29,440 nt of DNA from an uncultured virus (IMG/VR IMGVR_UViG_3300020048_000074) (IMGVR_UViG_3300020048_000074:62001-91440); one strand, 5' to 3'; shown: positions 17,051-24,447, counted from the first letter of the stretch. The notes: a model not told the origin generated them from the sequence alone. Translations and numbers: made by a program.

Positions 17051-17079
17051 AGTATAGCATGGAGAATCCTGTCAACCAA
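17051..17079 (-). promoter_or_regulatory. Putative sigma70-type promoter of the portal operon
   Basis: Extended -10 TGcTATACT. TTGACA lies only 13 nt upstream and TTGGTT lies 17 nt upstream, so the -35 assignment is uncertain. Confidence 0.55.
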
Positions 17080-17083
17080 GTGG

Positions 17084-17488
17084 CTATCCCAGAAACAACG
17101 CGGTTAAATTGGCTACGCCTTTGGTGCCAGTGTAGTCAGGATCGCGTAACCCGGTAACCCTAACCAGAAAGTCCCTCTTTGGCATAACTGAAGTAAAAAC
17201 CAAGTTGTCTAAAGGTAATTCAGATAACTTTGGATACCACAGGGAATGTACCTCATAGAGTGCCATGAACCCTTCAGTTTCTGTATACGACTTTACAATC
17301 GGAGCTGTGTACACGTCGGCACTGGACCTTGCTATAGATATAGGTGACATTACGCTCATGCTTCTTAAACCTCTAAGCGTTAAAGATTCAGTAATACTAA
17401 ATGATAAGAGTATGTCACGAACCTCGCTCTTCCAAACACCACTAACGTCCACATGGTAAAACATGTAATTACCAGACAAAATGACCAA
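17084..17488 (-). CDS. Hypothetical protein
   Basis: Open frame filling the gap before the portal promoter; start uncertain (TTG 17488 or ATG 17464). Confidence 0.5.
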   Translation of the reverse strand: MVILSGNYMFYHVDVSGVWKSEVRDILLSFSITESLTLRGLRSMSVMSPISIARSSADVYTAPIVKSYTETEGFMALYEVHSLWYPKLSELPLDNLVFTSVMPKRDFLVRVTGLRDPDYTGTKGVANLTALFLG

Positions 17489-17589
17489 TATGGTTTAAGT
17501 AGTCTCGCATCGTCAATTCAGCTACTACGAGGGCATGATACTGGTTCCCGCTGCTTGCATCCAAATCCACAATCTCTATATGCCCTAGT

Positions 17590-17805
17590 CTACCCCGACA
17601 CATAAAAATACCCGGAATGAGAAGCCCGAATTCCTTCTTTGAACCTATCAAGCCGCGCCCGGGTCGGAACGAACTTCCTTGTCGTCTTCCAGCTATCCGA
17701 TTCCGTAACGATAACCACGGTGTCTTCAAGCACGGCCAGCACTCGGACTTTGCGCACATGCCGGTTATCAGCCTCTTGCCAAAGCTGTCCTACTTTTACT
17801 TCCAT
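17590..17805 (-). CDS. Small beta-rich (SH3-like) protein
   Basis: MEVKVGQLWQEADNR..VRVLAV..RLDRF..SGY; similar to 18162-18398. Confidence 0.7.
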   Translation of the reverse strand: MEVKVGQLWQEADNRHVRKVRVLAVLEDTVVIVTESDSWKTTRKFVPTRARLDRFKEGIRASHSGYFYVSG

Positions 17806-17806
17806 G

Positions 17807-18169
17807 TCAGCACACCGTTTCTTCAGCAACACGAATGGCATTGCCAAGCTGGTAATGCATAACGTTTTCGGTCCGCAAGTCACTTTGGGCATCCCGCATA
17901 ACCGTAGCGCAAATTGCCAACGCCTCTTCCAGTTCAGCAATCCTCTTGCACTTGGCATCGAGTATGTCTACGCCTTTGCAGTTGCCAAGCATCATGAGCG
18001 ATACCCTGTCTTCAAGCTCTTTCACATGCCTGCTCTTCACAAGGTCGCCATACCTTAGCAGCTTGTTTCCCCACTCGATGCTTTCTTCCACGCTCAGGCT
18101 TTTCGCGTTCAGCATCGCGGCAAACAAATCAATCTCGATGTCACGGATACTTACGTCGATATCATCCAT
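17807..18169 (-). CDS. Hypothetical coiled-coil protein
   Basis: Start MDDIDVS after GAGG; contains the KRIAELE motif common in phage accessory proteins. Confidence 0.7.
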   Translation of the reverse strand: MDDIDVSIRDIEIDLFAAMLNAKSLSVEESIEWGNKLLRYGDLVKSRHVKELEDRVSLMMLGNCKGVDILDAKCKRIAELEEALAICATVMRDAQSDLRTENVMHYQLGNAIRVAEETVC

Positions 18170-18398
18170 GGCTGGCCTCTTTCTCTTTTTTCTTTTTGTT
18201 GACGTACTCTTCAGCCATACGCTTATTGGATAGCATATAGCCTCCGCGCTTAACGTCAAAACGCGTTATAGGCAAAAACTTGTACTTACCACTGCCTACC
18301 GTCCGAACTGTAATGACGCCTGCCTCGATCCGCTTCACTTCCACAAAGCTCAAGCCCCGGGCATCGACGCATGAATAGTATTCACCTACTTGTACCAT
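18162..18398 (-). CDS. Small beta-rich (SH3-like) protein
   Basis: MVQVGEYYSCVDARG..VEVKRI..ITRF..GGY; TAATG coupling to the upstream gene. Confidence 0.7.
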   Translation of the reverse strand: MVQVGEYYSCVDARGLSFVEVKRIEAGVITVRTVGSGKYKFLPITRFDVKRGGYMLSNKRMAEEYVNKKKKEKEASHG

Positions 18399-18769
18399 TA
18401 CCTGCCCCCTAACACACGAAGCACGAGGCCGTTGTTCATGGTCTTCCCCGCCCGTGCATTCTCATCCATGGCTTCCACAATTGCCATATCCTTTGACTTT
18501 TTATAAGCCTCCATGTCGCCCGGAAGGAAGCTCTCTGCAATAATGCGAAAGTGCTCCAACGCTATCTCAACATCAGCAGCTTCCGCTATAATTTCGGACA
18601 TGCAGCCATCCTTGGTGAAATACTGCATGATGACGGCGGCCAGCTCTCCGCATTCCTCGGCCAGCTTCATGAGGTGCCATGCCTTGCCGTTTACTGCCAC
18701 GTTGTTTATTCGCAGCTCTGCCCGGTCTATGGCCTCATCTGCCTTGTCTGCTTTGGTTGTTGGCATCAT
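18398..18769 (-). CDS. MazG-like all-alpha NTP pyrophosphohydrolase
   Basis: KLAEECGELAA ... IIAEAADVEI, the two acidic ExxE/ExxD motifs of the superfamily; start reassigned to MMPTTK. Confidence 0.75.
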   Translation of the reverse strand: MMPTTKADKADEAIDRAELRINNVAVNGKAWHLMKLAEECGELAAVIMQYFTKDGCMSEIIAEAADVEIALEHFRIIAESFLPGDMEAYKKSKDMAIVEAMDENARAGKTMNNGLVLRVLGGR

Positions 18770-18770
18770 G

Positions 18771-19001
18771 TCAGTCACCTTCCTTTTCTTCTTTCGACGT
18801 AACGTTAGCGTAGAAAATAAAATCAACACGCGCTTTCTGATAAAACTTTTCAGCCTCTTGAAAGCGCTTCCAATACTCGATCTCGACCACCTGCTTAACG
18901 TAGTCTTTCTGTTCTTCAGGTTTCGGAAGCGTATCGGTAACATGAAAACAACGGTCGTGCCCTATGTAAATATAAACATGGATCATGACTACGCTTGGCA
19001 T
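18771..19001 (-). CDS. Hypothetical protein
   Basis: GGAGGT RBS; tiles with its neighbours. Confidence 0.7.
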   Translation of the reverse strand: MPSVVMIHVYIYIGHDRCFHVTDTLPKPEEQKDYVKQVVEIEYWKRFQEAEKFYQKARVDFIFYANVTSKEEKEGD

Positions 19002-19022
19002 TGATGTACCTCCGCTTATATC

Positions 19023-19316
19023 TTATCGGCCCAACGGCAAATCTGTATCGATTGTTTTCTGCTTTTCACATTCAGTTAAATGTGCCTTTATAAACGAAGG
19101 ATGCCACCTATGGCAGGCAGCATCGCTATTACTCGCGTTTGTTCTCGGCTCGTCGCACACCCCGGCTTTTCGGTATACACACCCGCAAGCTACGGTACAC
19201 ACGCAGGGCGCATCTCCCAATATTTTAAACCGCATGCTCTTTCCTTTCAACCAAACCACCGGTATTTTGCTTAAAGTGGTAGAGGGAGGCGTGCACATGC
19301 AAATTATTTTGCACAT
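19023..19316 (-). CDS. Cys-rich hypothetical protein
   Basis: CVCTVACGC..C..CH; start uncertain (19316 or 19235). Confidence 0.55.
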   Translation of the reverse strand: MCKIICMCTPPSTTLSKIPVVWLKGKSMRFKILGDAPCVCTVACGCVYRKAGVCDEPRTNASNSDAACHRWHPSFIKAHLTECEKQKTIDTDLPLGR

Positions 19317-19362
19317 ATCCCGCCCCCGTGTCTCAACCACATCCTACAAACGTATTGCCAGC

Positions 19363-19578
19363 TCAATCAGGCTTCACCGGCCCCTTCGGATTATAGATTT
19401 CCAATAGCTTCAGCCCTTGAGTCAGCATATCTATTATCTCAGGTATGTAGTGTATATCCGCATGGATACAGTTGCATCCATCGGAACGTAAACCGTAAAT
19501 CGCAAAGCTACGCGGCTCATCCGTATCTATATCCATTTCAAATACACTATGGGTCTTCCCATGCAACGTGATTTTCAT
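19363..19578 (-). CDS. Hypothetical protein
   Basis: GGAGGGG RBS; ATGA overlap with the upstream gene. Confidence 0.7.
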   Translation of the reverse strand: MKITLHGKTHSVFEMDIDTDEPRSFAIYGLRSDGCNCIHADIHYIPEIIDMLTQGLKLLEIYNPKGPVKPD

Positions 19579-20021
19579 GTCCCCCTCCCCTTTGTTTCTT
19601 CCTCTTCGTCAGGTGCACCAGCTAGATGGTCCACTACCATTTCAGCGTCCACTTCCCACACGAACATCGGGGTCCCTTCACCTACCCATGAACCGGCTAC
19701 GTTGAAATCGAAATAGTCCAATGCTTCCTGCTCTCCCATCCCCTGCCCTTCAAGTATCTCAAGACACTTGTTAGCTGAATAAACCACGATGCTCTGCTTG
19801 CTGCACCGCTGGCCTACCCCTATGATTGCAGCATCGAATCCATCGGCGGTCAAAGCACCTATCTCCGTCTCTGGCATCTTCTCTTTTAATTTCCGCAACT
19901 CATAGAGTTCACCCATCACCGTGCATAGTGATCCATCACATACTGCTATCGGCGCATCTTTTGGGTGATAAGGGCAATCAGAATAATAGCATTCTCGTAC
20001 ATTCTCTTTAGGTATGCTCAT
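19575..20021 (-). CDS. Conserved phage hypothetical protein
   Basis: ADGFDAAIIG..VVYS..EALDYFDFNVAGSWVGEGTP is a pattern I recognise from many phage proteins of unknown function; start MSIPKE. Confidence 0.8.
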   Translation of the reverse strand: MSIPKENVRECYYSDCPYHPKDAPIAVCDGSLCTVMGELYELRKLKEKMPETEIGALTADGFDAAIIGVGQRCSKQSIVVYSANKCLEILEGQGMGEQEALDYFDFNVAGSWVGEGTPMFVWEVDAEMVVDHLAGAPDEEEETKGRGT

Positions 20022-20122
20022 TGCCCCTCCCCTTCCGCATAGTTCTCGGTAAGCTGAGATACAACGTCCCACTTCATCCCGTTTCCAGCTTGGGCTATAA
20101 CAAAATACTTTTCTTTTTCCAT
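20018..20122 (-). CDS. 34-aa peptide (MEKEKYFVIAQAGNG...)
   Basis: Fills the gap, with a GGGGGTGG RBS and an ATGA overlap into the next gene. Confidence 0.5.
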   Translation of the reverse strand: MEKEKYFVIAQAGNGMKWDVVSQLTENYAEGEGQ

Positions 20123-20126
20123 TGTG

Positions 20127-20348
20127 CTACCACCCCCACTGGTGTTCGACCGCTTCACACCCTATGTCTTTAAGGAACGTCATCTTGATTGCTTCCGCAT
20201 CTTCTTTTCGAGAAAAACGAATAGCTTCAAGGCTATCACGTGTCCACGTATAATCAGCACATGATGGTGATCCTTTAAAATAATCAGGATAGCCGTCCTT
20301 ACCTTTACCCTCAAGCAGCCATCCACTTTCCACTTTACCGCTTCCCAT
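20127..20348 (-). CDS. Hypothetical protein
   Basis: GGAGG RBS, TAATG coupling; WT.D..EAIRFSRKEDAE pattern. Confidence 0.75.
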   Translation of the reverse strand: MGSGKVESGWLLEGKGKDGYPDYFKGSPSCADYTWTRDSLEAIRFSRKEDAEAIKMTFLKDIGCEAVEHQWGW

Positions 20349-20545
20349 TACACGTCCCTCCCCGTGGCTATCTTGCGAATATGAAATTCATCCACCCGGG
20401 CTTTCTGCCCAAATGAATGCCCCAAAAGCACATCGTACTCCCAGTGATCCCCGACACGAAACGCTTCAGTCACCCTTCCGCGCTTCCACATCATGACGCT
20501 GCTCGACATGACCTCGGCTACCACCGTATCACCTGTTCGTATCAT
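20348..20545 (-). CDS. Small hypothetical protein
   Basis: Start MIRTGDTV after GGAGGT. Confidence 0.7.
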   Translation of the reverse strand: MIRTGDTVVAEVMSSSVMMWKRGRVTEAFRVGDHWEYDVLLGHSFGQKARVDEFHIRKIATGRDV

Positions 20546-20798
20546 CGTTACCTCCACTCTCTCGTTTCTTTTGTGCCGCATCGAATATCGGTGAAGCGTC
20601 CAGCATGTCTTTGCAAAAATCCCCAAACGTGGGGGTGTGCTTTCTGATAAAGCAATACATCTCAGTGTACGACTCAAAATAAGCTGCATGTTGAAGCAGC
20701 TTCGCACGAAGCATCGTCATGGTAGCCTCGTGACTTACCATCTCCCTACGGATTTCGGCCAACGTAGCGTTCACCGATACTTCCTGCGCTTGGTTCAT
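20529..20798 (-). CDS. Hypothetical protein
   Basis: ATGA overlap with the upstream ORF; GAGGG RBS. Confidence 0.65.
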   Translation of the reverse strand: MNQAQEVSVNATLAEIRREMVSHEATMTMLRAKLLQHAAYFESYTEMYCFIRKHTPTFGDFCKDMLDASPIFDAAQKKRESGGNDDTNR

Positions 20799-20980
20799 TC
20801 CGTTACCCTCGCAAATATATAGTTACCGATGTACTCTTCAAGAGTCCATCTTCCCGGATATTCTTTGTCCATATATTTAAACTCAACAACCGCCTCGGCA
20901 TACCACGTGGATATGCTCTCAGGCGTCAACGTTTCTTTCTTGATGTCGGGCACCCATCTCATGCGTTTGGTGTCTAGCAT
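20795..20980 (-). CDS. Hypothetical protein
   Basis: GAGGT RBS; tiles with its neighbours. Confidence 0.65.
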   Translation of the reverse strand: MLDTKRMRWVPDIKKETLTPESISTWYAEAVVEFKYMDKEYPGRWTLEEYIGNYIFARVTE

Positions 20981-21255
20981 GTTTTTACCTCTGGCTCTTT
21001 TACCTTGATCCGAATGATCGATTTATACTCAAGCTCGGACCCATCCTCACTATGGAAATATTTACTGGTAACTTTACCAACGTGAATACTTTTAACAAAA
21101 TAGTAACCACGGCCCGAACGATCTACATCCGATCGCGTCAAATAAAATATCTGCTTTCCCTCGTACTTTTTAGCCTCAACCAAAGTCCGTATGCTTATGC
21201 TGGCCATTTCATCCCACGTAGGCAGTGCCACCCTATACCCCTTTCTCGTAGTCAT
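20974..21255 (-). CDS. Hypothetical protein
   Basis: Start MTTRKG overlapping the end of the upstream gene. Confidence 0.65.
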   Translation of the reverse strand: MTTRKGYRVALPTWDEMASISIRTLVEAKKYEGKQIFYLTRSDVDRSGRGYYFVKSIHVGKVTSKYFHSEDGSELEYKSIIRIKVKEPEVKTC

Positions 21256-21643
21256 GCAACGCTTGCCGCGCTTTGTCACCAAACAAACCATCGTCAGCGT
21301 AGTATCGAAGCCCTTCGATAACCGGCTTCAACTTGCTCTCGTACCATTGCTGCAATACCAGTGCGACCGCCGCCATCCTCTCCGTTTGATTATCCGAATA
21401 CGCCGACTGGATAACCTCAATCTTTGTGGCAACGTCTTGTATGGTTGGTAAAGGCTCCATGGCCACGCACATATTCGGCGGGGTCCACCCAAGCGTAACA
21501 AGTGCTTCACGAACTCCGGCATCCCGCAAGTCCATGATCCGCGATACCGTCTTATTCAAGAATATATCCAGCTCGACGCTCTCGAACTGCTCTATTTTAC
21601 TTTCGGAAAACTGGGTGGTAACCACCAACTTATACTCTTCCAT
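21233..21643 (-). CDS. Hypothetical protein
   Basis: Start MEEYKL after AAAGG/GGG; contains VREAL..LGWTPP. Confidence 0.7.
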   Translation of the reverse strand: MEEYKLVVTTQFSESKIEQFESVELDIFLNKTVSRIMDLRDAGVREALVTLGWTPPNMCVAMEPLPTIQDVATKIEVIQSAYSDNQTERMAAVALVLQQWYESKLKPVIEGLRYYADDGLFGDKARQALHDYEKGV

Positions 21644-21656
21644 AACCCAACCTTTC

Positions 21657-21697
21657 AAAACAAAATGGGGAGCGTACACCGCAGGTGCCGCTCCCCT
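21657..21697 (-). terminator. Putative intrinsic terminator
   Basis: GGGGAGCG-GCACC-tgc-GGTGT-A-CGCTCCCC hairpin followed by ATTTTGTTTT on the minus strand. Confidence 0.55.
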
Positions 21698-21758
21698 ATG
21701 TACTATCACTAGCTCTGGGTTTGTATCCTATAGACCGCTACCAGTATGCGGTCAGGCA

Positions 21759-22103
21759 TCAGGCAAATAGCTTAAAAGCTGCGGTGGGTACCTTTTCGGC
21801 CTCAAGTAGTATTGCTTGGCGATAGCTGTCAAATATAGTAGTTGCCATAGCGCCACACATAAGGCCAGCCAGCATAGCGGGAATCGCCCAGCACGACTGA
21901 AGATACATCAAAGGATTGACTTGTTCCCGATCAGGAAACAGAACCGGAAGGTTCATGGCAACGCCCGCTGCTTGAACCGGCTGGGGAATTCCAAACACCA
22001 CGTTATCGAACAGCGCCCCGGGCGGTCCTGTGGGTTCCATGGCGTATACTGACACGGTGAAAACCATGCACAGGATAACCATGAATGCAAAAAACTTCTT
22101 CAA
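21759..22103 (-). CDS. Exported/membrane protein with signal peptide
   Basis: AAGGAGG RBS, TTG start, MKKFF + hydrophobic core + VYA-M cleavage pattern; a second hydrophobic segment follows. Confidence 0.75.
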   Translation of the reverse strand: MKKFFAFMVILCMVFTVSVYAMEPTGPPGALFDNVVFGIPQPVQAAGVAMNLPVLFPDREQVNPLMYLQSCWAIPAMLAGLMCGAMATTIFDSYRQAILLEAEKVPTAAFKLFA

Positions 22104-22154
22104 GCTTTCCTCCTTGCTTTGGATTTTAAACGGCCACCTTTGGCCGCTTATTGC

Positions 22155-22352
22155 TTACTTCTTTTCCCGGGGCTTCGGCTCGGCACCGAGGCGCTGCACG
22201 TAGCCCATGATCTTCTCGACCGTGGACGCGGCAACTTCGGGGTAGTTGGTTTCACCGATAACGAAGTTTTCGATAACTTCCTCATCGCGTTTGAACGGGC
22301 GTCCGCTGATATCGCAGACATGCTCTTCGATCTTCTTGATCTTGACTCCCAT
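22155..22352 (-). CDS. Small protein, weak resemblance to the Lsr2 dimerisation domain
   Basis: AAGGAG RBS; VCDISG..ENFVIGETNYPEV..TVEKI pattern. Confidence 0.6.
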   Translation of the reverse strand: MGVKIKKIEEHVCDISGRPFKRDEEVIENFVIGETNYPEVAASTVEKIMGYVQRLGAEPKPREKK

Positions 22353-22406
22353 GACTCTCTCCTTGAAAAAACAGATTCCGGTTTTCTTGCCTTACCCGGG
22401 CGGCAA

Positions 22407-22448
22407 TGAACGCGACAGGGCTTGAACCTGCGACCTCGCCTTGTCAAG
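22407..22448 (-). pseudogene. 3' half of a tRNA gene (Val-GAC-like)
   Basis: TT-GAC-AA GGCGA GGTC GCAGG-TTCAAGC-CCTGT CGCGTTC A gives the anticodon loop, T-arm and 3' acceptor strand. There is no adjacent 5' half and no CCA. Confidence 0.7.
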
Positions 22449-22460
22449 TTGAAGCAGTTG

Positions 22461-22910
22461 TTAGACATTCTTAAAACTTTTCATTACACCAGATTCTCTA
22501 CCAAAAATCACAAGTGCGAGAGGCTGTGGTAGACCATGAATACAACCCTTAAACTTAGGTCTTCCCTCAATGAACCAAATTTCACCCTTCATACACCAAT
22601 CATGCCACCATTTGGTATTTGTCCTTGTAGGAATAAGGCATACAGTAACAGCTTTATCCCTCTCATCATATGCTTTTTTAATAAACTTTTTCATATCCTT
22701 GTATGGTGGATTCATCCAACACACACCAGACCAAGATTTGTCTAAACAACTATCTTCCTCTGTATAGCAAAAAAGAACCTTCTTATTTTCTTCTGAAGCA
22801 CAAACATCACAAGTAAAATTAAACTCTTTATTGATAGCATTAAATAAGCTATCAGGTGTTTCAAACTGCTGGTTCTTACTTGCAAACCTGTTTTTATCAA
22901 AATTAGCCAT
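22461..22910 (-). CDS. Phage DNA N6-adenine methyltransferase (phage Dam family)
   Basis: FETP..LF..F..DVCAS..N, WMNPPY, LIPTRTNTKWW, FIEGRPKF; visibly AT-richer than its flanks. Confidence 0.9.
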   Translation of the reverse strand: MANFDKNRFASKNQQFETPDSLFNAINKEFNFTCDVCASEENKKVLFCYTEEDSCLDKSWSGVCWMNPPYKDMKKFIKKAYDERDKAVTVCLIPTRTNTKWWHDWCMKGEIWFIEGRPKFKGCIHGLPQPLALVIFGRESGVMKSFKNV

Positions 22911-22963
22911 CTCTTTCTCCTTTTCGCACGAAGTCCGTAAAACTTGTTTTGTGGTTGGCTATC

Positions 22964-23023
22964 CATCCAACATTTTGTTCACCTGCAATCTACTGATTGT
23001 CAGGTGGAACATGTTGTTGGATG
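22964..23023. repeat. Long imperfect inverted repeat
   Basis: CATCCAACA..TGTTC-ACCTG-CAATC tact GATTG-T-CAGGT-G-GAACA..TGTTGGATG. Confidence 0.8.
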
Positions 23024-23034
23024 ATGGCGCGATC

Positions 23035-23175
23035 TTAGGCGCTAAGTATTTGACGGTCTTCATTCAGGCCGCAATCAGGACAATTACAATTAACTTCTGA
23101 TGCTTCTATTTGATCGTCAGATGCTTCAACCATAAAATAACATTCGCACATATCACACCACACTTCGACCTGCAT
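23035..23175 (-). CDS. 46-aa zinc-ribbon protein
   Basis: AAGGAGG RBS; CDMC ... CPDC. Confidence 0.75.
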   Translation of the reverse strand: MQVEVWCDMCECYFMVEASDDQIEASEVNCNCPDCGLNEDRQILSA

Positions 23176-23298
23176 TTTCTTCCTCCTTGCGGCCTCGCTT
23201 CCGTGTTGTTTTGTCGCTCTAGGCACAACTGCCTATGGTATCGCACCGATCTGGCTCTGCGTTCGCCCAACCGTGTATGCCGGTATGCTACGCCGCTT

Positions 23299-23328
23299 AT
23301 TATATCATACCACCGGTTTGTTGTTCAA
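23299..23328 (-). promoter_or_regulatory. Sigma70-type promoter
   Basis: TTGAAC-18 nt-TATAAT with extended -10 TG. Confidence 0.65.
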
Positions 23329-23493
23329 ACTTTCTTCTTTCTTTTTTGCTTCTAGAGTAGCCTTGCGCTTTGCCAAAGCTTCCTTCTTTTTAGCTGCACG
23401 ATACTGCTTGTCGCGGAGAACCAGCCGGGCTTGGCCGCCTATTCCGAAAGCACCTTTCTTATGTTTCTGGGAACTCTTACTCACCTTACTCAC
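23305..23493 (-). CDS. Small very basic protein
   Basis: GTG start (23493 or 23484) after AAGGAAGG; Lys/Arg-rich. Confidence 0.6.
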   Translation of the reverse strand: MSKVSKSSQKHKKGAFGIGGQARLVLRDKQYRAAKKKEALAKRKATLEAKKKEESLNNKPVV

Positions 23494-23659
23494 CTTCCTT
23501 TATTCTGCGGAATACGATGTCATCCAGCGTATGGACAACCAGAACTTTATCACCGTTGCTTAGAACGAATTGGACCATATAGGTTTCAGGATCAAACGAT
23601 TCTAAAACTTTTGGCTCTTGATCGCCATCGCCTCGAATTGCAATTTGAATAAGCGGCAT
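23486..23659 (-). CDS. 57-aa hypothetical protein (MPLIQIAIRGDGDQEPKV...)
   Basis: Below the ORF cutoff; fills the gap between flanking genes. Confidence 0.6.
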   Translation of the reverse strand: MPLIQIAIRGDGDQEPKVLESFDPETYMVQFVLSNGDKVLVVHTLDDIVFRRIKEGE

Positions 23660-23661
23660 TG

Positions 23662-23943
23662 TCACGGTTTTAAAAGCTCCAATCGTTTCACGGTCACTTT
23701 GTACCCATTCTTTTCAAGCCCTTTAGCCGTTTTATTTATTATCGATATAACGTCTTCGTAGCTCTCTTCTTGGTACAATTCGATGATATGGTTTTTCCGG
23801 GCGTCCACCACGGCAGTCTTGGCTTTCTCGTCTAAAATGAAAAAACCGTCCTTGTACAGCTTCGACAGGATAAGACCTTCAGCAACATCCCGATTGATGC
23901 CTTTCTTTTTCTGCCGAAACAGTTTTATCTTGCTTTCACTCAT
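23662..23943 (-). CDS. Hypothetical protein
   Basis: 93-aa ORF tiled with its neighbours. Confidence 0.7.
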   Translation of the reverse strand: MSESKIKLFRQKKKGINRDVAEGLILSKLYKDGFFILDEKAKTAVVDARKNHIIELYQEESYEDVISIINKTAKGLEKNGYKVTVKRLELLKP

Positions 23944-24277
23944 CGAACGGGCTTCTTGGATGNNNNNNNNNNGATGCTGCGCCGAATATGTTTCCCTCTA
24001 CGGGCGGCATGACCGCAGTTCCGCAGATAACTTCAAGGCGTTCCTTGTTTTCCCCGTCCTCGATAAGAAGCACGTTGCGGAACCTATTCACCGTCTCGAA
24101 ATCATCGAGCCTCTGCCCCATGACTTTCTGGCAGGCTCTCGAAAGCTCTCTCCGGACATCGGTGCTCACGATTATTCCAGTCGCTACCTTTTTCTGGGAA
24201 GCAAGCTCCTGCAACTTTTGGTCGAGATACGAAATCATATCCCCACCATCCCGAATCAAAATCTGACCTACGAACAT
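23940..24277 (-). CDS. Hypothetical protein spanning the N-gap
   Basis: AGGAGGT RBS before MFVGQIL. If the GATG duplicated across the Ns is merged, the frame ends FGAASKKPVR* with an ATGA overlap. Confidence 0.65.
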
Positions 24278-24296
24278 GCTACCTCCTGTAAAGCAT

Positions 24297-24447
24297 AAAA
24301 AAAACCGGAAGCCAAGAGGTGGGGGCATCTCTACATTACTGTAAAGACACCACGGGGCCACCATGTCGCCAGACTGTCTCCCACCCACTTTACAATACAA
24401 GCGTGCAGGGGGTAGCCGCGTTCTGGCACCACCTCTCAACCTCCGGT
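24297..24447 (-). ncRNA. Putative ~150-nt rod-like structured RNA ending in a U-tract
   Basis: 19-bp closing stem with G-U pairs that work only on the minus strand, an inner 10-bp stem, and U8. Confidence 0.6.

Noticed and set aside
17469..17603. 44-aa minus-strand ORF MCRGRLGHIEIVDLD...
   Set aside because: It fills a gap but has no clear RBS or motif, so it is not supported enough to call.
21180..21189. Inverted copy of the CGGACTTTGG motif
   Set aside because: Inside a coding region, in the opposite orientation and with no hairpin; likely chance.
21667..21696. GAGC...GUAC hairpin resembling group II intron domain V
   Set aside because: Too short, no other intron domains or reverse transcriptase, and the following U-rich run fits a terminator better.
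23236..23263. GAACGCAGAGCCAGATCGGT as the missing 5' half of the tRNA
   Set aside because: Six of seven acceptor pairs with CGCGTTC and a D-loop-like look, but no proper D stem or anticodon 5' strand; it cannot be told from chance by eye.
23477..23496. TTACTCACC tandem duplication
   Set aside because: Only two 9-nt copies at a gene junction, giving alternative GTG starts; no wider array.
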